The notes: generated by a model from the letters alone, not told the origin. Positions 7,698 to 17,671 are shown, counted from the stretch's first letter. The stretch: DNA of 61,534 nt from a bacterium HR34 (GCA_002923395.1 BEIK01000004.1:1-61534); one strand, 5' to 3'. Numbers and translations are program-made.

Positions 7698-10178
7698 TTA
7701 TCCTACGCTTCCTGACATTTCAAGCGCTATAAGCCTGTTAAGTTCAACCGCGTATTCAAGTGGCAGTTCTTTTGCAACAGGTTCTATGAAACCATTAACC
7801 AGCATGTTTTCTGCGTCTTCTTTTTTAATTCCGCGGGAAGCAAGATAAAACAATTTTTCTTCTCCTATTTTTTCAACAGTCGCTTCATGTTCTATTTGCG
7901 CTGTTTTGTTTAAAATTTTCATATAAGGGTAGGTATCGGATCTTGATTTTTCGTCTAAAATTAGGGCATCGCAAGAAACATAAGATTTAACGTTGTTCGC
8001 TTTTGGTCCAACAAAAACTAAGCCTCTGTATGAACACCTTCCGCCATCTTTTGATATTGATTTTGATATTATTCTTGAACTTGTGTTTGGCGCCAAGTGT
8101 ATCATTTTAGCGCCTGTGTCTTGGTGTTGTTTGCCGGCGGCATAAGCAATTGAAAGCACCTCCCCTTTTGCTCCTTTTCCTTTCAAAACCACCCCAGGGT
8201 ACTTCATGGTAACACAAGATCCCAAATTGCAATCGACCCACTCCACAATTGCGTTTTTTTCCGCTTGGGCCCTTTTGGTTACTAAGTTATAAACATTTTT
8301 ACTCCAATTTTGCACAGTTGTATATCTAACCCTTGCGCCCTCCAGAGCAAAAATTTCAACAACAGCAGCGTGTAAAGAATGTGTGCTGTAAATTGGGGCG
8401 GTGCAGTTGTGAACCGCAAACCCATTTGCCAAATATGAATTTGTTTTTTCTACCTCTATATTAAACACAAAACCTTCATAATTTCCTTTTTTAATTTCTC
8501 TTATTGGCACTATAAAATAATCTTTTGTTTCTCTTATCATTGACCACTTTTTATTTGTTGTAAAGTAAATTACATACTGATTTTTTCTCTCAATCTTTCT
8601 GCCTTTAATAAAATCTTCCCCTCCTTTTCTTATCATTATGCCGGCAAATATTCCAATTCTTGTAAAAAGTTGTTGAATTTGTAAGGCAAGTCTTTCTGAC
8701 GCTGTTGATATTCTATTTAATTCGCTTGCTTTATTTTTGGATTTTTTAAAACATAAGTTTCCATCTCCTTTAAAATAGGCGTTTAAAAATATTTTTATTT
8801 TATCAGTTGGCAGTTCCATTATTTCTTTACTTAGTTCTTTAAGATGCGCATATTTGCCGCAGTGGTAATCACAAAGATCATATAACTTTTTAGAATATAC
8901 AGATAAACTAACCGCATGTTTATATTTTTCATCGTGCATATAAACTCTTTTCCTGCTTATTTTTTCCATAAGGGAGCCAACCCTTTTGATTAAATTATTT
9001 TCTTTTTCTCCGAAAGTGAGTCTAACCACGAATTGTTTTATTTTTTTATTATAATTAATATTTCCTTCGGCAAGATAATAACCTAAAAATTCTATTTCTT
9101 CATCGCTCAAATGCACGTTTTTTTTGTTAATTTTAACTTTAGGGAATACTATAAAATCTCCTTTTTTAAGTTCTTTTGCTGGTATGAATTCTGGTTTCGC
9201 TTTGATTAATTTTTTAGACGATGCTTCATAAAGCCAATTATTTTTTCTTTTACTTCTTGCTTTAACTGTTTCTCTTTTTATCGCTAAAACAGGATGTTCT
9301 GGAGTTAAAGAAAAATTATTATATGGAGATACGGGAACTATGGTGTAAAGCGGACCTTTATATTTCCTTGTCATTACCTTAGAAACTTTTGATAGCTCTC
9401 CTTTATGGTTTACAACATAATCTCCCGGTTTTATTGCTTCTATATTTGCGAATCCATCTTCTTTTAAAATTTGAGAGCCTGCTGGCATACAACCCTCTGT
9501 GTAATGGACAAAACTTCCCTTATCTGCGATTATTAATGTTCTTTCAAATTGGCCAAAGTTTTTGGCATTAATTCTAAAGTAAGCCTGTAAGGGTAGGGGA
9601 ACTTTAACATTTTTTGGCACATAAACAAAAGATCCTCCAGACCAAACAGCAGAATTTAAAGCAGCAAATTTATTGTCGTTGTAAGGAATTAGTTTTCCAA
9701 AGTATTTTTTAACAAGGTCAGGATATTTTTTTAGGGCAGTATCCATGTCGCAGAAAATAACTCCAAGTTTCTTTAACTCTTTCCTTATATTTTCATAAAC
9801 GCTTTCAGATTCATATTGAGAGACCACGCCTGCCAAAAATTTTCTTTCTGCTTCTGGCACGCCAATTTTTTCATAAGTTTCCCTTATTTCAGGCGGAAGT
9901 TCTTCCCAGCTTTTTGCAGTTTTTTCAGTTGGTTTTATATAGTAAGTTATTTTATCAAAGTTTATTTTAGATAAGTCAGCACCCCAAGTTGGCATTGGCC
10001 TTTGCACAAAGTGTTCGTAAGATTTTAATCTAAAATCGGTCATCCAAGATGGCTCTTGTTTTATTTTTGAAATTTGCAAAACAATATCTCGCGACAATCC
10101 CGGCTCCACCTTAAAAACAGATCTTTCTGGCATTACAAACCCGTATTTGTATTCATCGTTTATTATTTTCTTTGGCAT
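7698..10178 (-). CDS. sufB: Fe-S assembly protein SufB with an in-frame intein
   Basis: NSAVWSGGSF, GQFERTLI, HYTEG|intein|CTAP, LHAAVVE. Confidence 0.95.
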   Translation of the reverse strand: MPKKIINDEYKYGFVMPERSVFKVEPGLSRDIVLQISKIKQEPSWMTDFRLKSYEHFVQRPMPTWGADLSKINFDKITYYIKPTEKTAKSWEELPPEIRETYEKIGVPEAERKFLAGVVSQYESESVYENIRKELKKLGVIFCDMDTALKKYPDLVKKYFGKLIPYNDNKFAALNSAVWSGGSFVYVPKNVKVPLPLQAYFRINAKNFGQFERTLIIADKGSFVHYTEGCMPAGSQILKEDGFANIEAIKPGDYVVNHKGELSKVSKVMTRKYKGPLYTIVPVSPYNNFSLTPEHPVLAIKRETVKARSKRKNNWLYEASSKKLIKAKPEFIPAKELKKGDFIVFPKVKINKKNVHLSDEEIEFLGYYLAEGNINYNKKIKQFVVRLTFGEKENNLIKRVGSLMEKISRKRVYMHDEKYKHAVSLSVYSKKLYDLCDYHCGKYAHLKELSKEIMELPTDKIKIFLNAYFKGDGNLCFKKSKNKASELNRISTASERLALQIQQLFTRIGIFAGIMIRKGGEDFIKGRKIERKNQYVIYFTTNKKWSMIRETKDYFIVPIREIKKGNYEGFVFNIEVEKTNSYLANGFAVHNCTAPIYSTHSLHAAVVEIFALEGARVRYTTVQNWSKNVYNLVTKRAQAEKNAIVEWVDCNLGSCVTMKYPGVVLKGKGAKGEVLSIAYAAGKQHQDTGAKMIHLAPNTSSRIISKSISKDGGRCSYRGLVFVGPKANNVKSYVSCDALILDEKSRSDTYPYMKILNKTAQIEHEATVEKIGEEKLFYLASRGIKKEDAENMLVNGFIEPVAKELPLEYAVELNRLIALEMSGSVG
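8406..9491 (-). mobile_element. Intein (362 aa) with LAGLIDADG-type homing endonuclease
   Basis: Starts at Cys (CMPAG), block B TPEHP, endonuclease motifs LGYYLAEG and AYFKGDG, ends HN before +1 Cys. Confidence 0.95.
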
Positions 10179-10187
10179 ATTTTTGGT

Positions 10188-10913
10188 TTATATAATATCG
10201 TAACCTTTTCTTTCTATTAATGTTGCTAATGTTTTATCTCCTATTTTTGCAACTTCCCCTTGTTTTATAACAATTACTTTATCTGGCTTTAAGTACTTTA
10301 AAATTCTGTTGTAGTGGGTTATAACAATATAAATTTTATCTTTTTGAAACTCCTTTAAAAATTTAGATATTAGTTTTAAGGCGTCAACATCAACTCCTGT
10401 ATCTATTTCGTCAAATATGGCAACTTTTGGGTTTAGAATAATTGCCTGCAAAGCTTCCATTTTCTTTTTTTCGCCTCCTGAGAATCCTTCGTTCAAAGAC
10501 CTTTCTAAAAGTTCTTCTTGTATTTTTAATTTTTTTGCGTATTTATCAACCAATTCCTTTATTTCTATAATACTAACTTTTTTGTCTGAGAGCGCGTATT
10601 TTAGCATTTGGTAAATATTTACTCCAGATAGCGATAGGGGATTCTGAAAAGCCATAAAAATTCCAAGCTTTGCTCTTTTTTCAGGAGGAAGGTTTTTTAT
10701 GCTCTTTCCGTTAAATATTATTTTTGAGTTGCTGTTCAAAGAATATGCAGGGTGTCCCATTATAACATTTGCCAATGTAGATTTTCCAGAGCCATTAGGG
10801 CCCATTACAGCATAGACTTTTCCGTTTTCAAATTCAATATTTACGTTTTTAAGAATGGTTTTTTCTTTTTTCTCTTCTTGTATTTTGGCTGTTAGATTTT
10901 CAATTTTTAGCAT
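10188..10913 (-). CDS. sufC: Fe-S assembly ATPase SufC
   Basis: GPNGSGKST, NEGFSGGEKK, DEIDTG.DVD. Confidence 0.96.
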   Translation of the reverse strand: MLKIENLTAKIQEEKKEKTILKNVNIEFENGKVYAVMGPNGSGKSTLANVIMGHPAYSLNSNSKIIFNGKSIKNLPPEKRAKLGIFMAFQNPLSLSGVNIYQMLKYALSDKKVSIIEIKELVDKYAKKLKIQEELLERSLNEGFSGGEKKKMEALQAIILNPKVAIFDEIDTGVDVDALKLISKFLKEFQKDKIYIVITHYNRILKYLKPDKVIVIKQGEVAKIGDKTLATLIERKGYDII

Positions 10914-11307
10914 ATTTTTTAGATAGTTTATTTAATGTTATGTTTTTTAAAGTTTTTTCTATTGCTTTTTTAACTTCCCGCCATAAATATTCAGAAGAGC
11001 AGCTTTTTGATTTCGGGCACAAAAAACTATTTTCAAGGCACGCAACTAAGTTTATATTTTCTCCAAGTGCTTTTGCAATATCTAACATTGTTATTGATTT
11101 TTTATTTTTTGCCAATTCATAACCTTTGCCGCGTCCTCTGGAAGATTTTAACATGCCGCTTTTTCTTAACTGCTTCATTAGTTTTTCAACATACGCTTTT
11201 GGCAACCTTTCAATTTCTGCTATTTCTTTTGCTGTCATTGGCCTTTTACTTTGCGCCAATCTCGTTAAAATAATGACTCCATAATGGAGCTTGGAAGATA
11301 TTTTCAT
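10900..11307 (-). CDS. Rrf2/IscR-like transcriptional regulator
   Basis: wHTH with S.RGRG.GY.LA and three Cys (ACLE..LCP...C); heads the suf operon. Confidence 0.9.
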   Translation of the reverse strand: MKISSKLHYGVIILTRLAQSKRPMTAKEIAEIERLPKAYVEKLMKQLRKSGMLKSSRGRGKGYELAKNKKSITMLDIAKALGENINLVACLENSFLCPKSKSCSSEYLWREVKKAIEKTLKNITLNKLSKKYAKN

Positions 11308-11418
11308 ATTTTAGTACTATATTAGTCCTATTTTAACACAGACAAATACAAAAATCAAAAGCAGGTAAGATAAAATAAAACTTATTCAAAAACAAAAATT
11401 TATACTAATTATATTGCT

Positions 11419-11446
11419 CCAAACGTTCACGATCGTGAACGTTTGG
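11419..11446. repeat. 28-bp perfect palindrome, copy 1
   Basis: CCAAACGTTCACGATCGTGAACGTTTGG, flanked by tgct/ggca. Confidence 0.95.
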
Positions 11447-11518
11447 GGCAGGTGAAACTTCTAATTGTTTATAGGCATAGGTAATGGTATAATAAAAGTG
11501 AAAATGAATGAATAACAT

Positions 11519-12457
11519 ATGTACAAACGTCTAAAAATAATATCGTTAATAATATCAATAATTACAACATTTTTTTAATTACGTATTGGTTTTTGCAAGT
11601 AAATATTGCGAATAATAATAGCAATTATATAAATAATACTCAAGAAATAAGTGGAAAGAATGGTAGTGAGAAAAGTGAGGGTGATGAAAATTATAACAAT
11701 GAGGGAGAAAATAATGATTTTCAAGAGTTTGAGGAAGAATATGCTACTATAATCAAAAAATATAATATAAGTTTTGGTGAACGCATTAAGAAATATTTTA
11801 AATCATACTTTAAAAATACATATATCTCCCTTTCTTGAGGCTTTGGAGGAATCAAGTTACACGGATTGGAATACATATAATATTCCAGAAAATCCTCCAG
11901 AAGGATCCACTCTTCCAAAACTCTCTTTAAAAGTTCCTAAAGATTATATATTTAGTTATGGTGGCATTCAAGAACAAAGATATGGACCTTTCTACAGTAA
12001 ATATATTTTGTATTCTATATGCGAACCTAATTTCTGTAATGATAAATATTATTATTCCGAGAAATTATATATTAGATTTATATTAGAACTAAAAAGCGAC
12101 AATAATATTTGTGATAAAAATATCTATAAAACCCAAGAGTATTTTTCATTTACTAATAAAAATGGAGTAAGATTGTTTTCGGTAATTTTAGAGACAATAA
12201 AAGGCACTTCATATGATATTCTTCTTTGTAACAATGAAGGATATGAAGGTATTGTTCAAATAAATATGCCAGCGGTTGACGCAGGAGTAAGCCTAGATGT
12301 AGTAAAAACATATTTCAAAATACTAAAGGTACAATAGTTATACCGGTGCGCGCCTAAAAGTAAGAAATTAGACGCTGAAAAAATAAAAGAGTTTATAAAC
12401 GCAGTAGAAGAGGCGCAGGAAAACCTTGAAAAATTCTTTAATAACGATTCTCAATAA
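11519..12457 (+). pseudogene. Frameshifted gene for a membrane-anchored/secreted protein
   Basis: ATG 11519 encodes MYKRLKIISLIISIITTFF, then stops in a T7 run (11570-11576). One extra T joins ORF 11593-11838; removing one C at 11828-11830 joins ORF 11774-12337; the frame stays open past TAG 12337 to 12457. Confidence 0.6.
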
Positions 12458-12902
12458 AAATATATTATTGCGCTGACAATTATAATAGGGATGTAAAAAT
12501 AAATATGTAAGGTTTCATAAAGAGCCTGATGGTTTTTCTGTACATATGTTTTGGGAAAGACGGAGATATAAAGTTTGCCGGGATTTGCCCTGTTTTAAAA
12601 TACGAATTCAAAACTTTTGTGATTTCTGTTCTTCTTTTTTTATAGTTTTCTCTAAAAATTTTATTTGTTGAATCTAAAAACCAAAACAATACTATAACAG
12701 CCATTGCCAAAGTCATAAAGTTTTCTTCACCTGTTTAAAAACTCCAACCAATAAGTGCAACCCATAAAGTGATAGACCAACTTTTTATTTGATTTTCTAT
12801 TTTATCATATTTATCTATTTGAGACTGGACATTTGAAAACTCAAGTTTTATTAGGTTTAATTTTTCTTTTATTATTTCTTCACTATTTTTGTTATCTGCC
12901 AT
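12451..12902 (-). pseudogene. Small 3-TM protein gene with a premature stop and a homopolymer frameshift
   Basis: MADNKNSEE...KSWSITLWVALIGWSF*TGEENFMTLA...LFWFLDS; TAA at 12735-12737 is in frame; one extra T near 12495 restores a hydrophobic C-terminus ending at TGA 12451-12453. Confidence 0.65.
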
Positions 12903-12917
12903 ATTTTTATATTAAAT

Positions 12918-13412
12918 TTATTCTAAAACAAAAACAGTTGCTTTTTTGATACCAAAATTTATGGCTTCTTGCGTGGAAGGAAACCATATATCTACAAAAC
13001 TTTTGCCAAAGCGCTTATTCATCCTATCTTCAACAACAAAAACCTTCTCGCCGAAAAGCTCTGGAATTTTAATTTTTGTACCAAATGGCAGATAATTGTT
13101 GGCAACTATGCCGTCTCTTACTTTTTTGCCAGATGCTGTTGTGAATGGCGTGTTGTCTGTTTGATGCACGGTTGAAGAATAGCCTGTTATGAATCCTTCA
13201 AATGAATATTTTACATTCTTATCTACTAGAGGAAGTTCAACAGGTCCTTTAAGGTGGTTATCTTCTATTATAACATCTATTCCTTGATTGTATTTTATTG
13301 TTTCTGGTTTGTTATCCCTGTCTTGTACCATTCCAACACCAAAAATAGAGCCTTCTGTCAATAGGCCTATTGTTACGGTTAATAAAATTGTTATTAATTG
13401 AATTTTCCGCAT
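12918..13412 (-). CDS. 3D-domain (MltA-like double-psi barrel) exported protein
   Basis: N-terminal TM; YSST..QTD.TPF.TASG, LPFGTKI, VEDRM, VDIWF. Confidence 0.85.
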   Translation of the reverse strand: MRKIQLITILLTVTIGLLTEGSIFGVGMVQDRDNKPETIKYNQGIDVIIEDNHLKGPVELPLVDKNVKYSFEGFITGYSSTVHQTDNTPFTTASGKKVRDGIVANNYLPFGTKIKIPELFGEKVFVVEDRMNKRFGKSFVDIWFPSTQEAINFGIKKATVFVLE

Positions 13413-13495
13413 ATTAATGTAAAACTATATAATAACCACTAAAAGTCAATAAATTTTGGTAATTTTTTAAGTCTCCAATTTTTTTTCTTACTCTT

Positions 13496-14023
13496 ATGAT
13501 TTTAGCAACGCACATTATTTTTGTTTTGGTTTTAATTAAGGTTTTTAATGGCAATTTTTTGTTTGTTCTGCCGCTGGCCTTGCTGTCCCATTATTTTTTA
13601 GACGTTTTTTGCCATTGGGAGTATGATTTAAAATCAATGGAAAATAGGTATGAGAGGGAAAAACGCAGATTTTCAAAAAACATTTTGTTTGGTTTTGAGT
13701 TTTTATCAGATAAAGATTTTATGAAAGACTTGTTTAAGGTTGGTAGCGATTTTTTCTTTGGTTGGGGAATTTTCGTTTTTGTGGTGCACTATTTTTCTGA
13801 TTATAATTTGACTTTATCTGTTTTTTCTGCTTTTTTGGCTGTTTTGCCAGATTTGTTGCAGGCGTTATTTTATACATTTAAATTGAAATTTTTGCAGATT
13901 CACCAAAATTTTCATAATATTTTCCATTCAAGATGCGACGAGAAAACCCAAAGAAAATTAAGCCTTTTTGTCTTACAGATTGCCCTTAATGTTGTTTTTA
14001 TAATAATTTTTGTTAAAATATAA
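13496..14023 (+). CDS. Membrane protein, possible membrane-bound metal-dependent hydrolase
   Basis: Hydrophobic; TH near the start, SHYFLD..CH, LPD and H-rich C-terminal motifs. Confidence 0.55.
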   Translation: MILATHIIFVLVLIKVFNGNFLFVLPLALLSHYFLDVFCHWEYDLKSMENRYEREKRRFSKNILFGFEFLSDKDFMKDLFKVGSDFFFGWGIFVFVVHYFSDYNLTLSVFSAFLAVLPDLLQALFYTFKLKFLQIHQNFHNIFHSRCDEKTQRKLSLFVLQIALNVVFIIIFVKI

Positions 14024-14051
14024 CCTGATATTATTAAATAATTTAAAAAAC

Positions 14052-14639
14052 ATGGACGCAAAAAAAGAAAGGTGTTTGGTTTTAATAAAGCCAGATGGTG
14101 TTTTAAGAAGTTTAATAGGAGAGATAATAGCAAGATTTGAAAAGTGCGGATTAAAAGTTGTTGGGCTTGGTATGGTTTGGCCCAAAAGAGAGGATATAGA
14201 CAACCATTATCCGAAAGAAGAAGCATGGCTTAGAAAAATAGGCGAGAAAACTCTTAAAAATTATGAAAAATACGGCATAGATCCACAACAAGAACTTGGA
14301 ACCTCAGATACTCTTGAAATAGGAAAAATGGTAAGAGAATGGCTTTTAGATTATATGACAAAAGCGCCAATAGTAAAAGTTGCTTTGGAAGGGAACCATG
14401 CCGCTGACGTTGTTAGAAAAATAGTAGGTGATACTTTGCCATTAAATTCATCTCCAGGAACTTTGAGGGGAGATTTCTCAGTAGAAGATGCTGGCTTGGC
14501 AAACAGAGAAAAAAGAGCAATATATAATTTGATACATGCCTCAGAAAACAGTGAGGAAGCAGAAAGGGAAATTAAGGTTTGGTTTAAAGAAGAAGAGCTT
14601 TTTGATTACAAAAATTTATTAGATAAGCTTTATGAATAA
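14052..14639 (+). CDS. ndk: Nucleoside diphosphate kinase
   Basis: LIKPDGV.R, PGTLRGDF, N.IHAS; ATG 14052 preferred over the track start at 14010. Confidence 0.95.
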   Translation: MDAKKERCLVLIKPDGVLRSLIGEIIARFEKCGLKVVGLGMVWPKREDIDNHYPKEEAWLRKIGEKTLKNYEKYGIDPQQELGTSDTLEIGKMVREWLLDYMTKAPIVKVALEGNHAADVVRKIVGDTLPLNSSPGTLRGDFSVEDAGLANREKRAIYNLIHASENSEEAEREIKVWFKEEELFDYKNLLDKLYE

Positions 14640-15339
14640 GCAAATTGTTATTTCTTTGGGTGGAAGTTTGGTTTTTCCTTCTAATAAGGAAGAACCGGAT
14701 ATAAAGTTCGTTTCAGAGTTTGCCGAGTTTGTTAAAAAAGAGATGCTAAAGGTGTATGATAGAATTTTTATTGTAGTGGGTGGTGGAAAGCCGGCGAGAA
14801 TATATCAGCAATCTTTGAAAAAAGCCCTGCCTCATATTAGTGATAGAGAGTTAGATATAGTTGGAATTTATGCAACCTATGTTAACGCCTTCTTTGTGAA
14901 GGCGTTTTTTAGTGATTATGAATTTATTTATGAAGATATTATAAAAGGAAAAGATTATAGGAATTTGCCAGAACTAACTAATGAAAAAATTATTGTTGGC
15001 GCTGGAGGAGAACCGGGTTATTCTACTGACTTAGATTCTGTTTTGCTGTGCGAAAGATATGGTTGCAAAGAATTATTAAATTTATCTAATACAAAGGGTG
15101 TTTACGATAAAGACCCAAATAGATTTAGCGACGCACGATTTTACCCAAAAATTTCTTGGGAAGAATATTTAGGTATTATTCCAAATGAGTGGAAGCCTGG
15201 TTTGAGTACCCCTTTTGATCCGAAAGCATCAAAATTGGCGCAGAAGTTGAGAATAAAAGTTTATATAGTTAAAGGGGATTTAATTAACCTTGAAAAAATT
15301 ACGAAAGAAGAAAACTTTGAAGGAACTATTATAAGTTGA
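14632..15339 (+). CDS. pyrH: UMP kinase (archaeal-like)
   Basis: SLGGS, VVGGG..AR.Y, PGYSTD, GVYDKDP, PFDP.A. Confidence 0.92.
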   Translation: MNKQIVISLGGSLVFPSNKEEPDIKFVSEFAEFVKKEMLKVYDRIFIVVGGGKPARIYQQSLKKALPHISDRELDIVGIYATYVNAFFVKAFFSDYEFIYEDIIKGKDYRNLPELTNEKIIVGAGGEPGYSTDLDSVLLCERYGCKELLNLSNTKGVYDKDPNRFSDARFYPKISWEEYLGIIPNEWKPGLSTPFDPKASKLAQKLRIKVYIVKGDLINLEKITKEENFEGTIIS

Positions 15340-15405
15340 AATAAATTTATGGAAAAAATAAAAAATATTTCATAGTATTAAGATTAATAGAACTTAACAA
15401 AAAAA

Positions 15406-16200
15406 ATGTTTGAGAAGATCAGAAATTTTTTTGGAGAAATTTCAAAAGAGAGAATAAGTAAAGATAAAGAGATAGAAAAACTTATTTCTATTGGAAAGAT
15501 AGAAGAGGCAATAAATTTTACCATAGAAAACAGAAGCTTTAAGGATTTTTATGATATTATAGATAAGATAATAAATAGAGACAAAAAGATTATAGAATTT
15601 ATAAATGATAATTATGGTTTTAAAAAACTTCAAGAAATTCAAGCAAGTAGAAATGTTCGCAATTCAATCTTTAGATCGTTAGATGAACTTATAAATTATA
15701 TAAAAGAAAATCAAAAACTGATAATAGGAAATATTGATAACAAAAATATTTATGATGAGAAATTGAAATTTGTTATTAGTGTGATAGAAAATCTGTGGTA
15801 CAATTTTGATTCATTCAAAATATACAAGTTTTTAGCTAAAAAGATTATCCCAGAAAAGGAACTCTCTCGTTTATATGAAGATAGGGATTATGAGTGGATA
15901 AAAGTATTTTTAACATTATTTAATTATTTAAATGGATATGAATTACAATCTTCAAATAAAACATTGGGGTATGGAAATGAGGATAAAGATAAAATATCAA
16001 TATATATTCTAGAAAAATTAAGTTCAGAAATAGAAAATAGGTTGGACGACAACATTAATATAGCTATTAGCAGGGCCTATGAATTGGACGAACAAAAGCT
16101 ATTCAATGAAAGGCAATATAAAATAAAGCCTTTAGCACCAGTTAATGCTTTAAAATATTTTATCGAAGAATTTAAAAAAAGTGGGATTTTAAAAATATAA
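15406..16200 (+). CDS. Hypothetical protein
   Basis: 264-aa ORF, helical and E/K-rich, no motif recognised. Confidence 0.7.
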   Translation: MFEKIRNFFGEISKERISKDKEIEKLISIGKIEEAINFTIENRSFKDFYDIIDKIINRDKKIIEFINDNYGFKKLQEIQASRNVRNSIFRSLDELINYIKENQKLIIGNIDNKNIYDEKLKFVISVIENLWYNFDSFKIYKFLAKKIIPEKELSRLYEDRDYEWIKVFLTLFNYLNGYELQSSNKTLGYGNEDKDKISIYILEKLSSEIENRLDDNINIAISRAYELDEQKLFNERQYKIKPLAPVNALKYFIEEFKKSGILKI

Positions 16201-16250
16201 AAAAGTGACTAAGTAGAGGTTGTTCGATCTATAAAATTTATTTAAAGTTG

Positions 16251-16280
16251 TTGCTTAAAGTGTGTAAAAATTGGTAAAAT
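16251..16280 (+). promoter_or_regulatory. Sigma70-type promoter of the 6S-like RNA
   Basis: TTGCTT (16251) - 18 bp - TAAAAT (16275) with an upstream TG; predicted +1 near 16287-16288. Confidence 0.6.
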
Positions 16281-16287
16281 ATAATAT

Positions 16288-16415
16288 GCCCCGGTGTAGA
16301 AGTTCTGGACCATACAGGATTTTTAGGGATGCCTTATACCTTATCGCCTCCCATGGTGGATAAGGTGCGGCAACCCACCTGTAACTGTTTTCCAAGAACT
16401 TTCTTATGCCGGGGC
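16288..16415 (+). ncRNA. ssrS: Compact 6S (SsrS)-like RNA
   Basis: Long irregular hairpin: GCCCCGG/CCGGGGC, AGTTCT/AGAACT, TACAGG/CCTGTA, GGGATGCC/GGCAACCC, ACCTTATC/GATAAGGT; GGCAACCCACCTG resembles the Firmicutes 6S motif; followed by TTTT. Confidence 0.65.
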
Positions 16416-16421
16416 TTTTGG

Positions 16422-17357
16422 TTAAAAGATAGTTTTTTGTGTTTTTGTTAGAATAAACAAAATAATGATTGCAAATAATGTAATGTGCGAGAATACATTT
16501 TCTTTGAAAATAAGTAAAGACATTGAAAGCACAAGCAAGGTAGGAATTGAAATTGCCTTTCTTGTGTGAGGAATTATTAAAAGCAACCCTATTAAAGTTT
16601 CTATTATTGCGCTTGTTAGTATCCAAAGTTCTGTGGTCATTGGTATGTAATTTTGAAGATTGTACTGTTCAACCACAAGCGCTGATAGGTGAGGTTTGAA
16701 TATTTTTTCATAAAAAGCAAGGAACATTAAAGAAAAACCTATTCCAAAAGCAAGAACGTGTTCCTTTATAATTTTTGTTTTAATAACATCGCAAGCGAGC
16801 AGTAAATATACGAAAATTGAAAGCACTTCTGCGTTTCCAAAAATATATATGTTTTTTGAGATAATTATAGATGCTACGTATCCAATAATTCCTAAAATTG
16901 AGCCAGCAAAAGTTATATAGTTTTTCTTTAGGATAAAGCCCAATATTATTAAAATTGCAATTATATATTGGAGTGTAATTAAAATTTCTATGGTATGAAC
17001 AAAAGGAGATATAAATTCTTTTGAAATTGCGAGATTTATTAAGTATATTAATACAGCAACGCTAACTATGTAAGTGTTATATTTAGAGAATGCGTGGAGT
17101 TTGTCGGATATTTTTTGGTAGGTTTTTGTTTTTGAAATATAAAGAGCAAGAAGATATCCTATTGTAATTGAAACAAAAATAATAATTATTAAAAAAATTC
17201 CGTTAGAAGAAAAAGCGTTCCAAATTTTTTCTAGCCACAAGTTTTTCAATAATATGTCGTTTGCGCTTGTATTTACCACATATCCAACATGGGAAAATGA
17301 AGAAAAGGGGAATAGCAAAAAAGGCAAAAGTAATAAATTAACAATTTTCCATTTCAT
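16422..17357 (-). CDS. Polytopic membrane protein (DoxX-like)
   Basis: Signal-like N-terminus, about 8 TM; F...GIG.S......EK, IETLIGLLLI. Confidence 0.6.
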   Translation of the reverse strand: MKWKIVNLLLLPFLLFPFSSFSHVGYVVNTSANDILLKNLWLEKIWNAFSSNGIFLIIIIFVSITIGYLLALYISKTKTYQKISDKLHAFSKYNTYIVSVAVLIYLINLAISKEFISPFVHTIEILITLQYIIAILIILGFILKKNYITFAGSILGIIGYVASIIISKNIYIFGNAEVLSIFVYLLLACDVIKTKIIKEHVLAFGIGFSLMFLAFYEKIFKPHLSALVVEQYNLQNYIPMTTELWILTSAIIETLIGLLLIIPHTRKAISIPTLLVLSMSLLIFKENVFSHITLFAIIILFILTKTQKTIF

Positions 17358-17595
17358 AAATATAATACCCTTTATTTTTTATCTTTTCTTCTATGTCTTT
17401 GGAGGCTTTTTCTATGTGGCAAAATTTACATTCATTTGACGACAATTCTTGCCCTTCTTCACCTTTAGTTTTTAGGTATTCATTTCCATATGCGATAACT
17501 TTTTCATAAGGAGTATTTTTCTCTACTATTATATCAAAGTGCATTATCCTGCCGTCTTTTCTTTTTACATAAGTATCGTAAACTGCTATTTCCAT
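17338..17595 (-). CDS. DUF2024-family protein
   Basis: VYDTYV.RKDG.IMHFDI, ECKFCH.E.A. Confidence 0.8.
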   Translation of the reverse strand: MEIAVYDTYVKRKDGRIMHFDIIVEKNTPYEKVIAYGNEYLKTKGEEGQELSSNECKFCHIEKASKDIEEKIKNKGYYIYEMENC

Positions 17596-17671
17596 ATTTT
17601 TGTTGATTTAATTTAAATTTATAATTAATATTTAATATTACAAATTTAATATTACAAAAAATTACAAAAAT

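Noticed and set aside
16255-16626. 123-aa minus-strand ORF
   Set aside because: It overlaps the DoxX-like gene out of frame and the structured RNA; no protein motif.
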